The position numbers and the translations under genes are program-made. Below the pieces are notes generated by a model that was not told the origin of the DNA, ran no database searches, and was given only the letters and a program-made list of their open reading frames with translations. Positions 1-9,383 of a stretch of 64,000 nt of DNA are shown here, piece after piece. Source of the DNA: Meiothermus sp. (GTDB taxonomy: Bacteria; Deinococcota; Deinococci; Deinococcales; Thermaceae); the NCBI GenBank assembly GCA_033762915.1, contig JANRLD010000027.1, positions 1 to 64,000 of the forward strand, given 5' to 3'. Position 1 is the stretch's first letter; each line of letters starts with the position of its first letter.

Positions 1-119
1 GACCAACTTCATGGTCAACGGCCTGTGTGCCCTCATCGCCTACTGCCACCAACCCAAGAAACCTGCCCTACGTTGGGAACAGCCTGTTCAGCTTGTTGCC
101 TAACTCCGAACTGGCGTTA
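1..119 (+). mobile_element. Right end of an IS982-family insertion sequence (transposase C-terminus 2..103 plus terminal inverted repeat)
   Basis: Frame 2 reads TNFMVNGLCALIAYCHQPKKPALRWEQPVQLVA*, resembling the IS982-family C-terminus (N..VN...LIAY..QPKKP). It is followed by CCGAACTGGCGTTA (106-119), similar to IS982-type ends. The rest lies outside the window. Confidence 0.7.
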
Positions 120-130
120 TCTAGCGCCCC

Positions 131-667
131 TCAGTGCCCCAGCCAGACCAGCCCGCTTCCGCCCGCCCCGCGAAGCCGGTCGCCCAGTTGGGCGGTGTGG
201 TGCTGGAGGTGGCGAATCGAGATGATCTGGTGCTCGAGCTTCGAGCAGGTGTACCAGGGAAAGCCGCTCCTGGGCTCGAGCAGATCAAGATTGTCCACTC
301 CATCAACCATGCTGTCACAAAGGGCCAAAAACTCTCTAACCTGGGCCTTGGTATACGGCTTGGTGATCAGCGGGAGGTCGTTGCCCGCTTTGGGCGGCCC
401 GGCAATGCCACTCTGGTACTGTACCCCGGCCTGATGGCCGTGCCAAGGTTTGAAGGATTCGAGGTCGGGTTGAAGGTACATGTGGGCATAGAACAGCGCG
501 TGGTAGGCCACTTGCCAGAAGGCGTTGGGGTGTCCCCGGTCGTCCCACAGTGCTTCGGGGCAGCGGTCCACGGCTTCTTTCAGCATCCCGAGGGCGGCGC
601 GGTACTGGCTTTTGAGAGCGGCTCGAGCGAACTCGAGGGCGTCTGGGCTGGCGGTGGACGGGCTCAT
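131..667 (-). CDS. DinB/YfiT-like protein
   Basis: 178 aa; FWQVAYHALFYAH and IRHLQHHTAQL His motifs typical of the DinB superfamily. Confidence 0.8.
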   Translation of the reverse strand: MSPSTASPDALEFARAALKSQYRAALGMLKEAVDRCPEALWDDRGHPNAFWQVAYHALFYAHMYLQPDLESFKPWHGHQAGVQYQSGIAGPPKAGNDLPLITKPYTKAQVREFLALCDSMVDGVDNLDLLEPRSGFPWYTCSKLEHQIISIRHLQHHTAQLGDRLRGAGGSGLVWLGH

Positions 668-744
668 AGCAGCCCCAATCTAAGGCGCACCCAGCCCCGA
701 AGGCCACGTCCACTTCCGCCCGAAATCACCCATCCACTTCTCGC

Positions 745-1362
745 TCATTGCGGCCACTGCTCGACCAGCACCAGCTTAACCATGTACTTCTTGGCCCCGT
801 CGTCGGACTCCTCGAGGAGGCGGTTGAAGAGCTGGTTAATCTCACCGTTGAAGCGGGCGGCCTGGGCCTCGCTGAGGCCGACTCGAGCCCAGTTGTCGGT
901 CAGCTCGGGCCGGAGCGTCTGGCGGGGCAGCACGTCCAGCACCACGTTGCCGCCCTCGCGCCCGTAGCGCAGGTAGCGCCCCCGCAGGCTTTGATGTTTG
1001 AAATGCACCACCGAGCGCTTGAGGGTGCGCTCGAAGGGGGCCGCTTCGAACACGTCCTTGTTGGGGTCGGCGGCCAGCAGGTCTATGGGAACGATGAAGG
1101 CCCCTGCGCTGGCCCGGTAGACCGAGACGTGGTGCCGCCCACGCTTCTCGACCCGTGCGGCGCGGATCAGCCCCAGCTTGAGCAGTTTCTTGACCCAGTA
1201 ACTCATCAGGCTTTTGCTGAGGCCCAACTCGAGGGCGGCCTCGGCTAGGCTCTTCTCGCCGGTCATGAAGGGGGCCAGGTGCTCCGAACTCACCGGGTCG
1301 GCCAGAAAGGCTCCGACCTGGGGGTCTTCGATCACCAACTCGTCGGATGCGGGCTCGACCAT
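745..1362 (-). CDS. Winged-helix (ArsR-like) transcriptional regulator, paralog 1
   Basis: HTH SLAEAALELGLSKSLMSYWVKKLLKLGLI; paralogous to 1781..2443. Start set at the ATG of MVEPAS (ORF open to 1452). Confidence 0.75.
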   Translation of the reverse strand: MVEPASDELVIEDPQVGAFLADPVSSEHLAPFMTGEKSLAEAALELGLSKSLMSYWVKKLLKLGLIRAARVEKRGRHHVSVYRASAGAFIVPIDLLAADPNKDVFEAAPFERTLKRSVVHFKHQSLRGRYLRYGREGGNVVLDVLPRQTLRPELTDNWARVGLSEAQAARFNGEINQLFNRLLEESDDGAKKYMVKLVLVEQWPQ

Positions 1363-1390
1363 ACGTCGGGCCAGTTTAGCCCCCCATGGT

Positions 1391-1432
1391 TCAAAAAAGG
1401 TGATTGTCTTTTCATGATCGTTGGGATACTTT
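1391..1432 (+). promoter_or_regulatory. Putative operator and sigma70 promoter for the small-peptide gene
   Basis: TTGTCT (1404-1409), 17 nt, TACTTT (1427-1432). The 27-bp motif 1391-1417 is shared with 2461-2487. Confidence 0.5.
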
Positions 1433-1468
1433 ACGCCCGTCTGGTCTGACACCCGAAAGGAGTTCTGA

Positions 1469-1645
1469 GTGAAGCGCTCAACCCCCGTGATTGCCGGTCT
1501 GCTCGTACTGATGCTGACGCTGTTTGGACTCGCCCTCGCCCAAAGTACCCCGCCCGCCGACCCGCCCCCTGTGAGCGAAGAACAGGCCCCGCCCGCGAAA
1601 GACCCCGGCGACGAAGGTTTCGCCGTCCGCTGCTGCTCTGGTTAG
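1469..1645 (+). CDS. Small secreted peptide, 58 aa (not in the ORF track)
   Basis: AAGGAG RBS 6 nt before GTG. MKRSTPVIAGLLVLMLTLFGLALA-QSTPPADPPPVSEEQAPPAKDPGDEGFAVRCCSG*: Sec signal peptide with ALA cleavage site. A hairpin follows. Confidence 0.75.
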   Translation: MKRSTPVIAGLLVLMLTLFGLALAQSTPPADPPPVSEEQAPPAKDPGDEGFAVRCCSG

Positions 1646-1659
1646 CCCTGGGCCTGCTC

Positions 1660-1702
1660 GAGCCGCTCGCCGCCCTTGAGTCTTCAGGGCGGCGAACGGC
1701 TC
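1660..1702. terminator. Hairpin between convergent genes
   Basis: GAGCCGCTCGCCGCCCT ... AGGGCGGCGAACGGCTC 17-bp stem with one mismatch. Confidence 0.6.
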
Positions 1703-1780
1703 ATTGGGTCAGGCGAAACACGGGTTGTGGGTTGCCGGTAGGACGTTCGGGGCGGTACCGTTCATCCGACACCTCCCGAC

Positions 1781-2443
1781 TCAACCCAGCCGCGCCTCGA
1801 CAAGCAAAAACTTATATAGGTGATCCTTGCCGCCCGGAGTCTCCTGTGCGGCGTAGCGCTGGAGCAGTTCGTTGAGTTCAGCCCGCAGGGCAGCGGCCTG
1901 CTGCCCCGTGAGGGCCAGGCAGCCCCACTTGTTGAGCACGTCGCCCTCCTCGACCGAGCTGTCCGGCGGGATCATCTGAAGGCGTGGCACCCGCTCCTCG
2001 AAGCTGAGGCGCAGCTTCCAGCCAGGGCGGTTGTTCGAACTCGAGCGCACAATGCTGCGCCGCTCCATGGCCTCGAAAGTGCGGGAGTTGAGGGTCAGGA
2101 TTTCCTCGTCGGTAGCAGCCGGCACGCGGTCGGTGGAGACCGTGAAGGCCTCGGCGGTGGCGCGGTAGAGCGGCACGTCGTGCTTGCCGCGCCGCTCCAC
2201 GCGGGTCTGCTCGATCACGCCCATGCGCAGCATCTTGCGCAGCCAGTAGCTCATGCGGCTTTTGCTGACCCCGACCCTGCGGGCGGCCTCGGCCATGCTG
2301 GCCTCGCCGCCCATAAAGGGGTAGAGGTGGAGCACGCTGTTAAGCTCCACGAGAAACAGGGCGGCCTCGGGGCTCTCGAGGTGCAGCGTCCTGGGTGGCC
2401 GGGGCAAGGGCAAGGGAGCCGGGGCGGCAATCGGCTGAACCAT
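1781..2443 (-). CDS. Winged-helix (ArsR-like) transcriptional regulator, paralog 2
   Basis: HTH SMAEAARRVGVSKSRMSYWLRKMLRMGVI; TACCAT -10 box 7 nt upstream of ATG (leaderless). Confidence 0.8.
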   Translation of the reverse strand: MVQPIAAPAPLPLPRPPRTLHLESPEAALFLVELNSVLHLYPFMGGEASMAEAARRVGVSKSRMSYWLRKMLRMGVIEQTRVERRGKHDVPLYRATAEAFTVSTDRVPAATDEEILTLNSRTFEAMERRSIVRSSSNNRPGWKLRLSFEERVPRLQMIPPDSSVEEGDVLNKWGCLALTGQQAAALRAELNELLQRYAAQETPGGKDHLYKFLLVEARLG

Positions 2444-2460
2444 TTAGTCTATGGTATCAC

Positions 2461-2502
2461 TCAAACCGGGCCGTTCCATTTAGATGACTGGGCTGCTAGG
2501 GT
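2461..2502 (+). promoter_or_regulatory. Putative operator and promoter for the oxidoreductase gene
   Basis: 27-bp motif matching 1391-1417 at 16/27 positions, then 9 nt, then TAGGGT. Confidence 0.45.
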
Positions 2503-2510
2503 ATCCAGCC

Positions 2511-3506
2511 GTGAACCCTGTTCCCTCCAGAATGAAAGCCGCCGTCTACCGCACTTACGGCCCGCCCGAGGTGCTGCGCCTCGAGGAAATTCCCACCCCC
2601 GCCCTTTCCGAAGCCCACGCTGACCGGGTGCTGGTGCGGGTGCGCTACTCCTCCATCAACCCCCTCGACCACATCCAGCGCGGTGGTTTTTTCGGGGTTC
2701 GACCCAGCGCCGGCTTGCTCAAACCAAAACCCGCCGAGCAAACCACCGGCGCGGACTTGGCCGGCGAGGTTGTGGCGATAGGCGGGGGTGTTTCCCGCTT
2801 CAAGGTGGGCGACCGGGTGTTCGGGAACGCCTGGGGTTCGCACGCCGAGTACGTGCTTGCTCGAGAGCAAAGGCTGACCCTGCTCCCGCCCGGCCTCAGT
2901 TTCAAGGCAGCTGCGGCCCTCCCGGTGGCGGCCCTGACCGCCCTGCAGGCCCTGCGCGACGTGGCAGGAATCCAGCCGGGCCACAAGGTACTGATCAACG
3001 GGGCCTCGGGCGGCGTAGGGCATTTCGCGGTGCAGCTCGCCAAGCACTTCGGGGCCGAAGTCACCGCCGTCTGCAGCAGCGCCAATCAGGGCTGGGTCAG
3101 GGCCCTGGGGGCCGACCACATGGTGGATTACAGCTCCAAGGACTTCACAAAGAGCACGAAGCGGTACGACATCATCTACGACACGGTGGGCAAGCGCACC
3201 TACTGGAGCTGCCGGCCGCTGCTGACCCCGGGCGGCGTCTTCGTGGGCGAGAACCCTTTCAAGGCCCGGTTCCAACTGCTGCAACTGGCCTGGGCGATGC
3301 TGACCAGGGACAAGCAATTGCGGGCGCATCTGACCACGAGCAACGCCAAAGACCTGGGCCTCCTGGCCGAGCTGGCAGGCGCGGGCAGGCTCGAGGCGAT
3401 GGTTGAGAGGGTATATCCTCTCGAGCAGATCGTCCAGGCCCACCGCCATGGCGAGACCGGGCGCACCAAGGGCAAGCTGGTGATCGAGGTGTCAGCGGAA
3501 CGCTGA
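2511..3506 (+). CDS. NAD(P)-dependent alcohol dehydrogenase/quinone oxidoreductase (MDR family)
   Basis: MKAAVYRTYGPPEVL, INGASGGVGHFAVQLAK, C-terminal GKLVI. Start is GTG 2511 or ATG 2532. Confidence 0.85.
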   Translation: MNPVPSRMKAAVYRTYGPPEVLRLEEIPTPALSEAHADRVLVRVRYSSINPLDHIQRGGFFGVRPSAGLLKPKPAEQTTGADLAGEVVAIGGGVSRFKVGDRVFGNAWGSHAEYVLAREQRLTLLPPGLSFKAAAALPVAALTALQALRDVAGIQPGHKVLINGASGGVGHFAVQLAKHFGAEVTAVCSSANQGWVRALGADHMVDYSSKDFTKSTKRYDIIYDTVGKRTYWSCRPLLTPGGVFVGENPFKARFQLLQLAWAMLTRDKQLRAHLTTSNAKDLGLLAELAGAGRLEAMVERVYPLEQIVQAHRHGETGRTKGKLVIEVSAER

Positions 3507-3528
3507 CTGGAGTGTAGTAGAATCACCC

Positions 3529-4857
3529 ATGCACGGCATTACAGCTCGGGGCTTGGCGGCGCTCGCGCTGGCGGGGTCGGGGCTGGCCCAGGACTCGCTG
3601 GTCAATGACGCCTACGCGGCCCAGGTTCAGGCGGCGGTCGCCAAGGTCTGGCCCCGGATGGAACGCATATGGCCCGGCACGCCGTTCGGCGAGATGTATC
3701 TGCTGCTCACCAACGGCCGAGACTACTGGGTCATCAGCAGCGGGGGCCTCGAGAAGCGCCCCTACCTCGAGGCCCCCGAACGCATTCGCGTCGGGCTCGA
3801 CTCGGCCTTCGCCGCCGCCACCTACCGGGGCCACCCCGCCATCGCCATCCGCCAAGTGGACGTACTCCCCAACGGGGCGGTTCCCAGCGTTTTCGGCTTC
3901 GCCACCCACGAGGCTTTCCACCTCCACGTGCAGACCGGCTGGCCGGTTCGCCCGTCGGGCGGGAACGGCCAGCGGGCGCTCGATTACCCCATCAATGCCA
4001 CCCCGCGCCTCTACCGCCGACTAATCTTCGAAGGGCTGCTGGCGGGGTTGCGGGGGGAGGGTCTGGGCGCGGCCCGTTACTGGCTGGAGCGCTGGAAGCG
4101 GGAGTTTCCCGCCGAGGCCCAGCGCATCCGCTTCGCCGACACGGTGGAGGGCACTGCCGAGTACGCCGAAACCCTGGCCTACGTCTACGCTGCACTGGGG
4201 CCGAACCCGAGCCCTGAGGAGGTGCGGCGCGAGACCCTCGAGTATGTCCGAACCACCCTAGACCGGCGCGACCGCTTCGCCGCCCTGGACTCCGAGAGCT
4301 ACCCCCTGGGGGCGCTGGCTGGCTTGCTGCTGGACGCACTCCGGCCTGAGTGGAAGGGGGCCCTCGCAAAAGACCCCCAGCCTCCGGCGGAGATGCTACT
4401 GGGCGGGGTGGAGGAGGTGCAGCAGTTCCTCCCCCAAAGCCACTGGCTGCTGTCCCTGATGGCCCTGACCCAGCGGCGCTACGCCGGTGTGATGGAGCCT
4501 TTCCTTAATGCCTGGCGCGATCCGGCCCGCGTGCTGGTGGCGCTGCCGGCCGGGTTCAAGGGCACCATCGTCCTCAACGGTTTTGTGTCTACGGCGGCCC
4601 TCGAGGGTACGGTGATGATGGGGCTAAGCGCCCAGCTCGAGTGGCCCCGGGGCCGGGCCACCCTGGCCGGACTGACCCTTTCGCAAGGTCCGGCCCCGCC
4701 CTGCGGCGCGGGCTCGCAGTTCTTAGTTTTCCCGCTGCAGAGCCTCGAGTACACCCTGAGCGGCGAGATCGTCCGGGTTGAGCAGGCTGGCCTCCGAGCC
4801 GAGTTTGCCGCCGTACTGACGGAGCACGCCGGGCGAAGGTACCTTTGTGCACGCTGA
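3529..4857 (+). CDS. Secreted protein with HExxH and downstream E motif (putative zinc metallopeptidase)
   Basis: Signal peptide, THEAFH and EGTAEY motifs; TAGAAT 5 nt upstream of ATG. Confidence 0.6.
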   Translation: MHGITARGLAALALAGSGLAQDSLVNDAYAAQVQAAVAKVWPRMERIWPGTPFGEMYLLLTNGRDYWVISSGGLEKRPYLEAPERIRVGLDSAFAAATYRGHPAIAIRQVDVLPNGAVPSVFGFATHEAFHLHVQTGWPVRPSGGNGQRALDYPINATPRLYRRLIFEGLLAGLRGEGLGAARYWLERWKREFPAEAQRIRFADTVEGTAEYAETLAYVYAALGPNPSPEEVRRETLEYVRTTLDRRDRFAALDSESYPLGALAGLLLDALRPEWKGALAKDPQPPAEMLLGGVEEVQQFLPQSHWLLSLMALTQRRYAGVMEPFLNAWRDPARVLVALPAGFKGTIVLNGFVSTAALEGTVMMGLSAQLEWPRGRATLAGLTLSQGPAPPCGAGSQFLVFPLQSLEYTLSGEIVRVEQAGLRAEFAAVLTEHAGRRYLCAR

Positions 4858-5014
4858 CCGGTTCGGCCACACCCTCAGGGCCTGCTTTTGGGCCTGCTCA
4901 CCTCGTAGATCTCCGACCCATTCAAGACAGGGCCACGATTACCTCTGAACCGCCCCGCTAAGGTCAGGGGGAAGCGCTGCCGGGGGCCTGACTGGGCTTG
5001 GTCGAGTCGCGCAC

Positions 5015-5043
5015 AAAAGAACCCCGGCCCTCGAGGCCGGGGT
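5015..5043 (-). terminator. Rho-independent terminator
   Basis: ACCCCGGCC/GGCCGGGGT stem followed by a T-rich tail on the minus strand, just after the 5058 stop. Confidence 0.6.
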
Positions 5044-5057
5044 CGGAGACTCCTGGG

Positions 5058-6089
5058 CTAGTTAAGTGGGATGAAGGCCAGGGCGTTGTTGGCGTTCATG
5101 GGGATGACCAGCTGGTTGGCCGCCGAGTCGTAGCACATCGAGGCCGGGCTGGGGATGTTCTGGGCGATCAGCTCAGCCTGGGCGTTGGGGCGGATGCGCG
5201 AGACCCCGCCCAGGGTCACACTGCTGACATACTTGGTGCCGTCGGGCATGATGACCAGGCCGTCGCTGCCGGCTTGGGCGGCGTTCTCGGTCTTGAGCAG
5301 TTGCCCAGCAGGGGAAAAGGTCAGCACCGCGTTGTCGCCGATGTTGACCACCACCACGTTGCCCTGAGGGTCGAGGGCGATGCCGTTGGGCTGGCGCAGC
5401 GGGGCGCCCTGCACCAGGATCGAGGCGGCCCCGCCGGCCGTGATCTTCCAGACCTGCCAGGAGGTGGGGTCGGGGGTCTGGCCGCCCACCCCGGTCTGGG
5501 TGGCGTAAATGGTGCCGTCGGCGGCTACCTCGAGGTCGTTGAAGCCGGTGGACTGGGGCACCTTGATCTCCCCGGCGGGTGCCCCGGTCTGCATATTGAA
5601 CTTGCGGATCACCGAGACCGAGGGGTCGGACTGGCTGGTGCCGCCGTCGCGGTCAGCCACGTACAGGATGCCGCCCTCGATGTCGCTGCCGAAGGGCTCG
5701 TTGAGGATCAGCGGGGGGTTGAGGTTGGTGCGGGCCTCGCCGGGGTTCTGCACCCCGATCCAGCGGGCGGTGTGCACCGAGCCGTCGCGGTTGATTAGGG
5801 AGACGAAACCGTTGTTGGTCTGAACGGCTTGGCCGACGCCCCGGTTGGGTACCACGATCAGGTTGCGGCCGGCGTCGTAGGAGCAGCTCTCGGCGGAGTA
5901 CACCGCCCCGTAGACCTTGACGTTGGAGGACATCGCCGCAAAGGTGCCGTCGGCGGCGGGGTTGATCGGCAGCCCCAGGCGGTTGCCCACGAAGAAGGGC
6001 TGGGGCTGTTGGGCCTGCTGTGCCAGCAAGTAGCCCGAGGCGACACCGACCAAAAGAACCAGGCCCAGCATAAATCCGTTTCGCTTCAT
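5058..6089 (-). CDS. Secreted SMP-30/gluconolactonase-like beta-propeller protein
   Basis: Signal peptide MKRNGFMLGLVLLVGVASG, GGAGG RBS, propeller motifs FNDLEVAADGTIY, PNGIALDPQG, SDGLVIMPDG. Confidence 0.75.
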   Translation of the reverse strand: MKRNGFMLGLVLLVGVASGYLLAQQAQQPQPFFVGNRLGLPINPAADGTFAAMSSNVKVYGAVYSAESCSYDAGRNLIVVPNRGVGQAVQTNNGFVSLINRDGSVHTARWIGVQNPGEARTNLNPPLILNEPFGSDIEGGILYVADRDGGTSQSDPSVSVIRKFNMQTGAPAGEIKVPQSTGFNDLEVAADGTIYATQTGVGGQTPDPTSWQVWKITAGGAASILVQGAPLRQPNGIALDPQGNVVVVNIGDNAVLTFSPAGQLLKTENAAQAGSDGLVIMPDGTKYVSSVTLGGVSRIRPNAQAELIAQNIPSPASMCYDSAANQLVIPMNANNALAFIPLN

Positions 6090-6660
6090 ACGCACTGCCT
6101 CCCAGGTGGGCCCGAACCCACAATGCCAGACCAGCGCTTCCTGGCGCTCGAGCGGACCCACGGATAGAGTTTTTGAACGCCGAAGATTATACCAACGCCC
6201 GCCGTTGTTCGAAAAATCTGGAACCATACCGATAACTGTCTGCTGGTGTTTTCGCGTCTGCAACGATGCGGGGAGCTTACGCTGAGCTGGGCGTTGCCCT
6301 CAAGCCCGGGACCAGTCGAAGGGAGTTGCGGCAGGGTGCCGCCGGGGGTTTTCTGCGCGTGCCTGGAGACCGGGTGCTGCGGAATGCGGGTTTTTGACCC
6401 GAAGCTCTAGCCGGGTTCGGGTTGAAATACGCCGTAATTGTCGGCAAAAGCACCTTTACACACTAGGCGCCTCCGGCATACATGCCATAATCTAGGCGAG
6501 AGCCGGGGGCATAGCTGTAAAGGTTTTCTGGCAACAGAGCGGCCCGCTCGGTGCTCATGTGGGAGTAACAAGTTTAAACGCACACGCGGGGTCAGCTTGG
6601 TCTTTGGACTCTAGACTATAGACTCTAGATTCTGAAACCTAGACCTCCGAAGGAGAATCA

Positions 6661-7440
6661 ATGGAATGCGTCGGCGTGAAATTCGCGCATAGCCCCAAAA
6701 TCTACGACTACGCCATCTCGGACTTCATGCCCGAGATCGGCAGCTGGGTGGTGGTCAAGACCAGCCGTGGCCTCGAGCTGGCCAAGGTTCGTACCGAGGC
6801 CCGCCTCGCTAACGCGGCCGGCCAGGTGATCCGCCTCGCCACCCCCGAGGACATGGACAATCACAGCCGTCTCAAGGCCCGGTCGGAGGAGGTGCAGTGG
6901 TGGCTGAAGGCACGGCTGCGGCGGGAGGGCGTGCAGGCCAAGGTGCTGGGCTGCGAGTTCACCCTCGACGCCAACCACGTCGCCGTACACTACTCTGCCG
7001 AGGAGCGCATAGACCTTCGAAGGTGGGTCAGCGAGCTGAACAAGCTGGCCGGGGCGCGGGTGGAATTTGTGGCGATGGGGCCCAGGGATCAGACCGCCTA
7101 CCTGGGTGCGGTGGGCTCATGCGGCATGGAGACCTGCTGCTCGACCTGGCTGCAAGATTTCGCCCAGGTGAGCATCAAGATGGCCAGGGATCAGCAGCTC
7201 CCCCTCAGCCCTGAGAAGATCAGCGGCCCCTGCGGGCGGCTTTTGTGCTGCCTCCAGTACGAGCACGACCACTACCAAGAACTCCTGGCTGACCTCCCCC
7301 GCAAGAACGCCAAAGTCTGCAGCATCCATGACGTGTGCGGCAAGGTCGCCAAGCTCAACCCCCTGGCGGGCACCGTAGACCTCATCACCGAACAGGGCAG
7401 CTGGGTGACTGTGCACAAGAGCGAGCTGCGCAAGGAATAG
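6661..7440 (+). CDS. PSP1-domain protein (RicT/YaaT-like)
   Basis: GSCGMETCCS and SPEKISGPCGRLLCCLQYE Cys motifs; AAGGAG RBS. Confidence 0.9.
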   Translation: MECVGVKFAHSPKIYDYAISDFMPEIGSWVVVKTSRGLELAKVRTEARLANAAGQVIRLATPEDMDNHSRLKARSEEVQWWLKARLRREGVQAKVLGCEFTLDANHVAVHYSAEERIDLRRWVSELNKLAGARVEFVAMGPRDQTAYLGAVGSCGMETCCSTWLQDFAQVSIKMARDQQLPLSPEKISGPCGRLLCCLQYEHDHYQELLADLPRKNAKVCSIHDVCGKVAKLNPLAGTVDLITEQGSWVTVHKSELRKE

Positions 7441-7688
7441 CGGGCGGCGGTTGGAAAGGCCAAAAGGACCCCCGTGCGCTGCGGGGCTGTTCTGGATGCT
7501 GAGGATTGAGCGCTGGCTTTCGGGTCTCTTGCGGGCGTGGGGCGAGGCTTAACCATGACATCTCGAGCCCCGACTTTTGCCCCTCCAATTTGAAGAGGGG
7601 CCTAAAGGCAGCGGGAGTAAGAAATCACACGCCACACGGCGACTTCGGGGGAGTTGTTTTTTGGCTTCCCCTTTCTTCTGGCCTCGCC

Positions 7689-9383
7689 CTACCCCAACAT
7701 GAACTCGCGCTCGACCGCCCCTGCCCTCTGGGCCACCGCCTCGAGCCGCACCGTCCCTCCCGCCGCGCCCCGCACCACCCACTCGAGCTTCCTCTCTTGG
7801 TCGCCGAAGGGAGCGCCGAAAAGGCTTTCGATCTTGTTGCTGCGGCCCTCGAGGTGGCCTGCCTCCTGGATTGGCTCGCCCGCCACCAGGCTGACGCCTT
7901 CGCCCAGATGCAGCCGCACGCGGATGGGCTCGACGGCCCGCTTCTCGAGGGCCTTGGCGCTGGTGTAGGTGGGGAGGAAGCCGGCATTCTCGAGCACTAC
8001 CACAAGCCGGTAGGTGTCGCCCTCGACGCGCTCGAGGTGGGTCAGCTTGAGCCCCAGACGGGGGGCGGCCTCGGCGTGGAGAAGGCTGAAGAGGCTGTTC
8101 TTGTGGGCGATGTCGGGCAGGAATTTGGCTGGCGCGTTGCCCCAGAAGCGCTTGTAGTCCCAGCCGCCGATTTCCACCGCGCCGAGTTGCGGGTGCTCGA
8201 AGGCGGTCCAGTTCACGAAGCCCTCGAGGCCCTCGCGGTCGTTGAACTCGAGCAGCTTCAGGTCGTCGGCCTCGGGGTGGCTGCGGAACCAGCCGATGAA
8301 GTCGCGCTTGAGCAGGCCGTTGGGCTGCGGCTCGCAGATGCCGGCTAGGCTGACCACGTCCCACAGCTCGGTCGAGAAGCCGAAGATGCCCATGTCCTCG
8401 TAGAGCCAGTCGAAAAAGCCGCCGCGCAGCACCGTCTTGGGGTCGTAGCGAAAGCCATGAAAGACCGAGGTGTCGGGGTAGCCGGTGAGGGCGGTACCCT
8501 TCTTGCCCAGGTGCTTGAAGACGTTAAGGTCGTGGGTGGGGAAGGCCTCGTCGGGTTTGCCGGAGTAGGGGCGCAGGATCACGCCGGAGTAAGTGTGGTA
8601 GGCCTGGACCCCGTTGATGTTCTTGTGGGTTGCGAAAAAACTTGCCAGGGCTTGGGTCTCGGGCTCGGAGAGGGGGTACGGCCCCGCGCCTCGTTGCTGG
8701 CTCTCCACGCCCCAGTCGGTGGGGAATTGACGGTTGAGGTCGAGGCCGTGTCGGGGCGGTGAGGGCCGGACGGTGTAGCCGTCCCAGTCGCGGATCATCC
8801 CCTCGGGCAGGAGCTGGTAGTAGGTGCCGCCCTCGTCTCCGGCCTCCCTTGGCCGCATCAGCCGGGAATCCTTCTCGCTGACCTTCCAGGCCCCCTTGGG
8901 GTCCGGGAGGCGCATCTGGAGAATGCGCCCGTCGGCGTCGATGTCCTCGAGGTACAGTCCCTCGCGCTCGTCCTCGAAGGGGTAGGGCCTTACCGATGAG
9001 CGGGCCTGGTAGGGCGTGGTCAGGTATTGCTCCACCCCGTCGGGCGAGACCCTGGGGCAAATGTAAAAGGTGCTCTGGTCGAGCAGGCGGGTGGCTTGGG
9101 GGTCGGAGCCATATCGGCTGGTGAGGTAGTGGATGGTGTATTGACAGGTGGCCCCGCCCGTGACCTCGCCCGCGTGGATGTTGGCGTCGATCCAGTAGGC
9201 GGGCTTGCGGCCGGCCTCGCCGGTCGCGCTGTTGGTCAGGGTCATCACCCAGATGTCGCGGCCCTGGTAGCTCTTGCCGATGGACTCAAGAGTTGCCAGC
9301 TGGGGGAACTCGGTGGCCACCGCTTGCAGGAAGGCGGTGAGCTCGGCGTAGGTGTAGTAGTGGGACAGCTCGAGTTCGGGCAT
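7689..9383 (-). CDS. M14 zinc carboxypeptidase
   Basis: IHAGE, DLNRQF, YHTY and STEL zinc/catalytic motifs. Confidence 0.9.
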   Translation of the reverse strand: MPELELSHYYTYAELTAFLQAVATEFPQLATLESIGKSYQGRDIWVMTLTNSATGEAGRKPAYWIDANIHAGEVTGGATCQYTIHYLTSRYGSDPQATRLLDQSTFYICPRVSPDGVEQYLTTPYQARSSVRPYPFEDEREGLYLEDIDADGRILQMRLPDPKGAWKVSEKDSRLMRPREAGDEGGTYYQLLPEGMIRDWDGYTVRPSPPRHGLDLNRQFPTDWGVESQQRGAGPYPLSEPETQALASFFATHKNINGVQAYHTYSGVILRPYSGKPDEAFPTHDLNVFKHLGKKGTALTGYPDTSVFHGFRYDPKTVLRGGFFDWLYEDMGIFGFSTELWDVVSLAGICEPQPNGLLKRDFIGWFRSHPEADDLKLLEFNDREGLEGFVNWTAFEHPQLGAVEIGGWDYKRFWGNAPAKFLPDIAHKNSLFSLLHAEAAPRLGLKLTHLERVEGDTYRLVVVLENAGFLPTYTSAKALEKRAVEPIRVRLHLGEGVSLVAGEPIQEAGHLEGRSNKIESLFGAPFGDQERKLEWVVRGAAGGTVRLEAVAQRAGAVEREFMLG

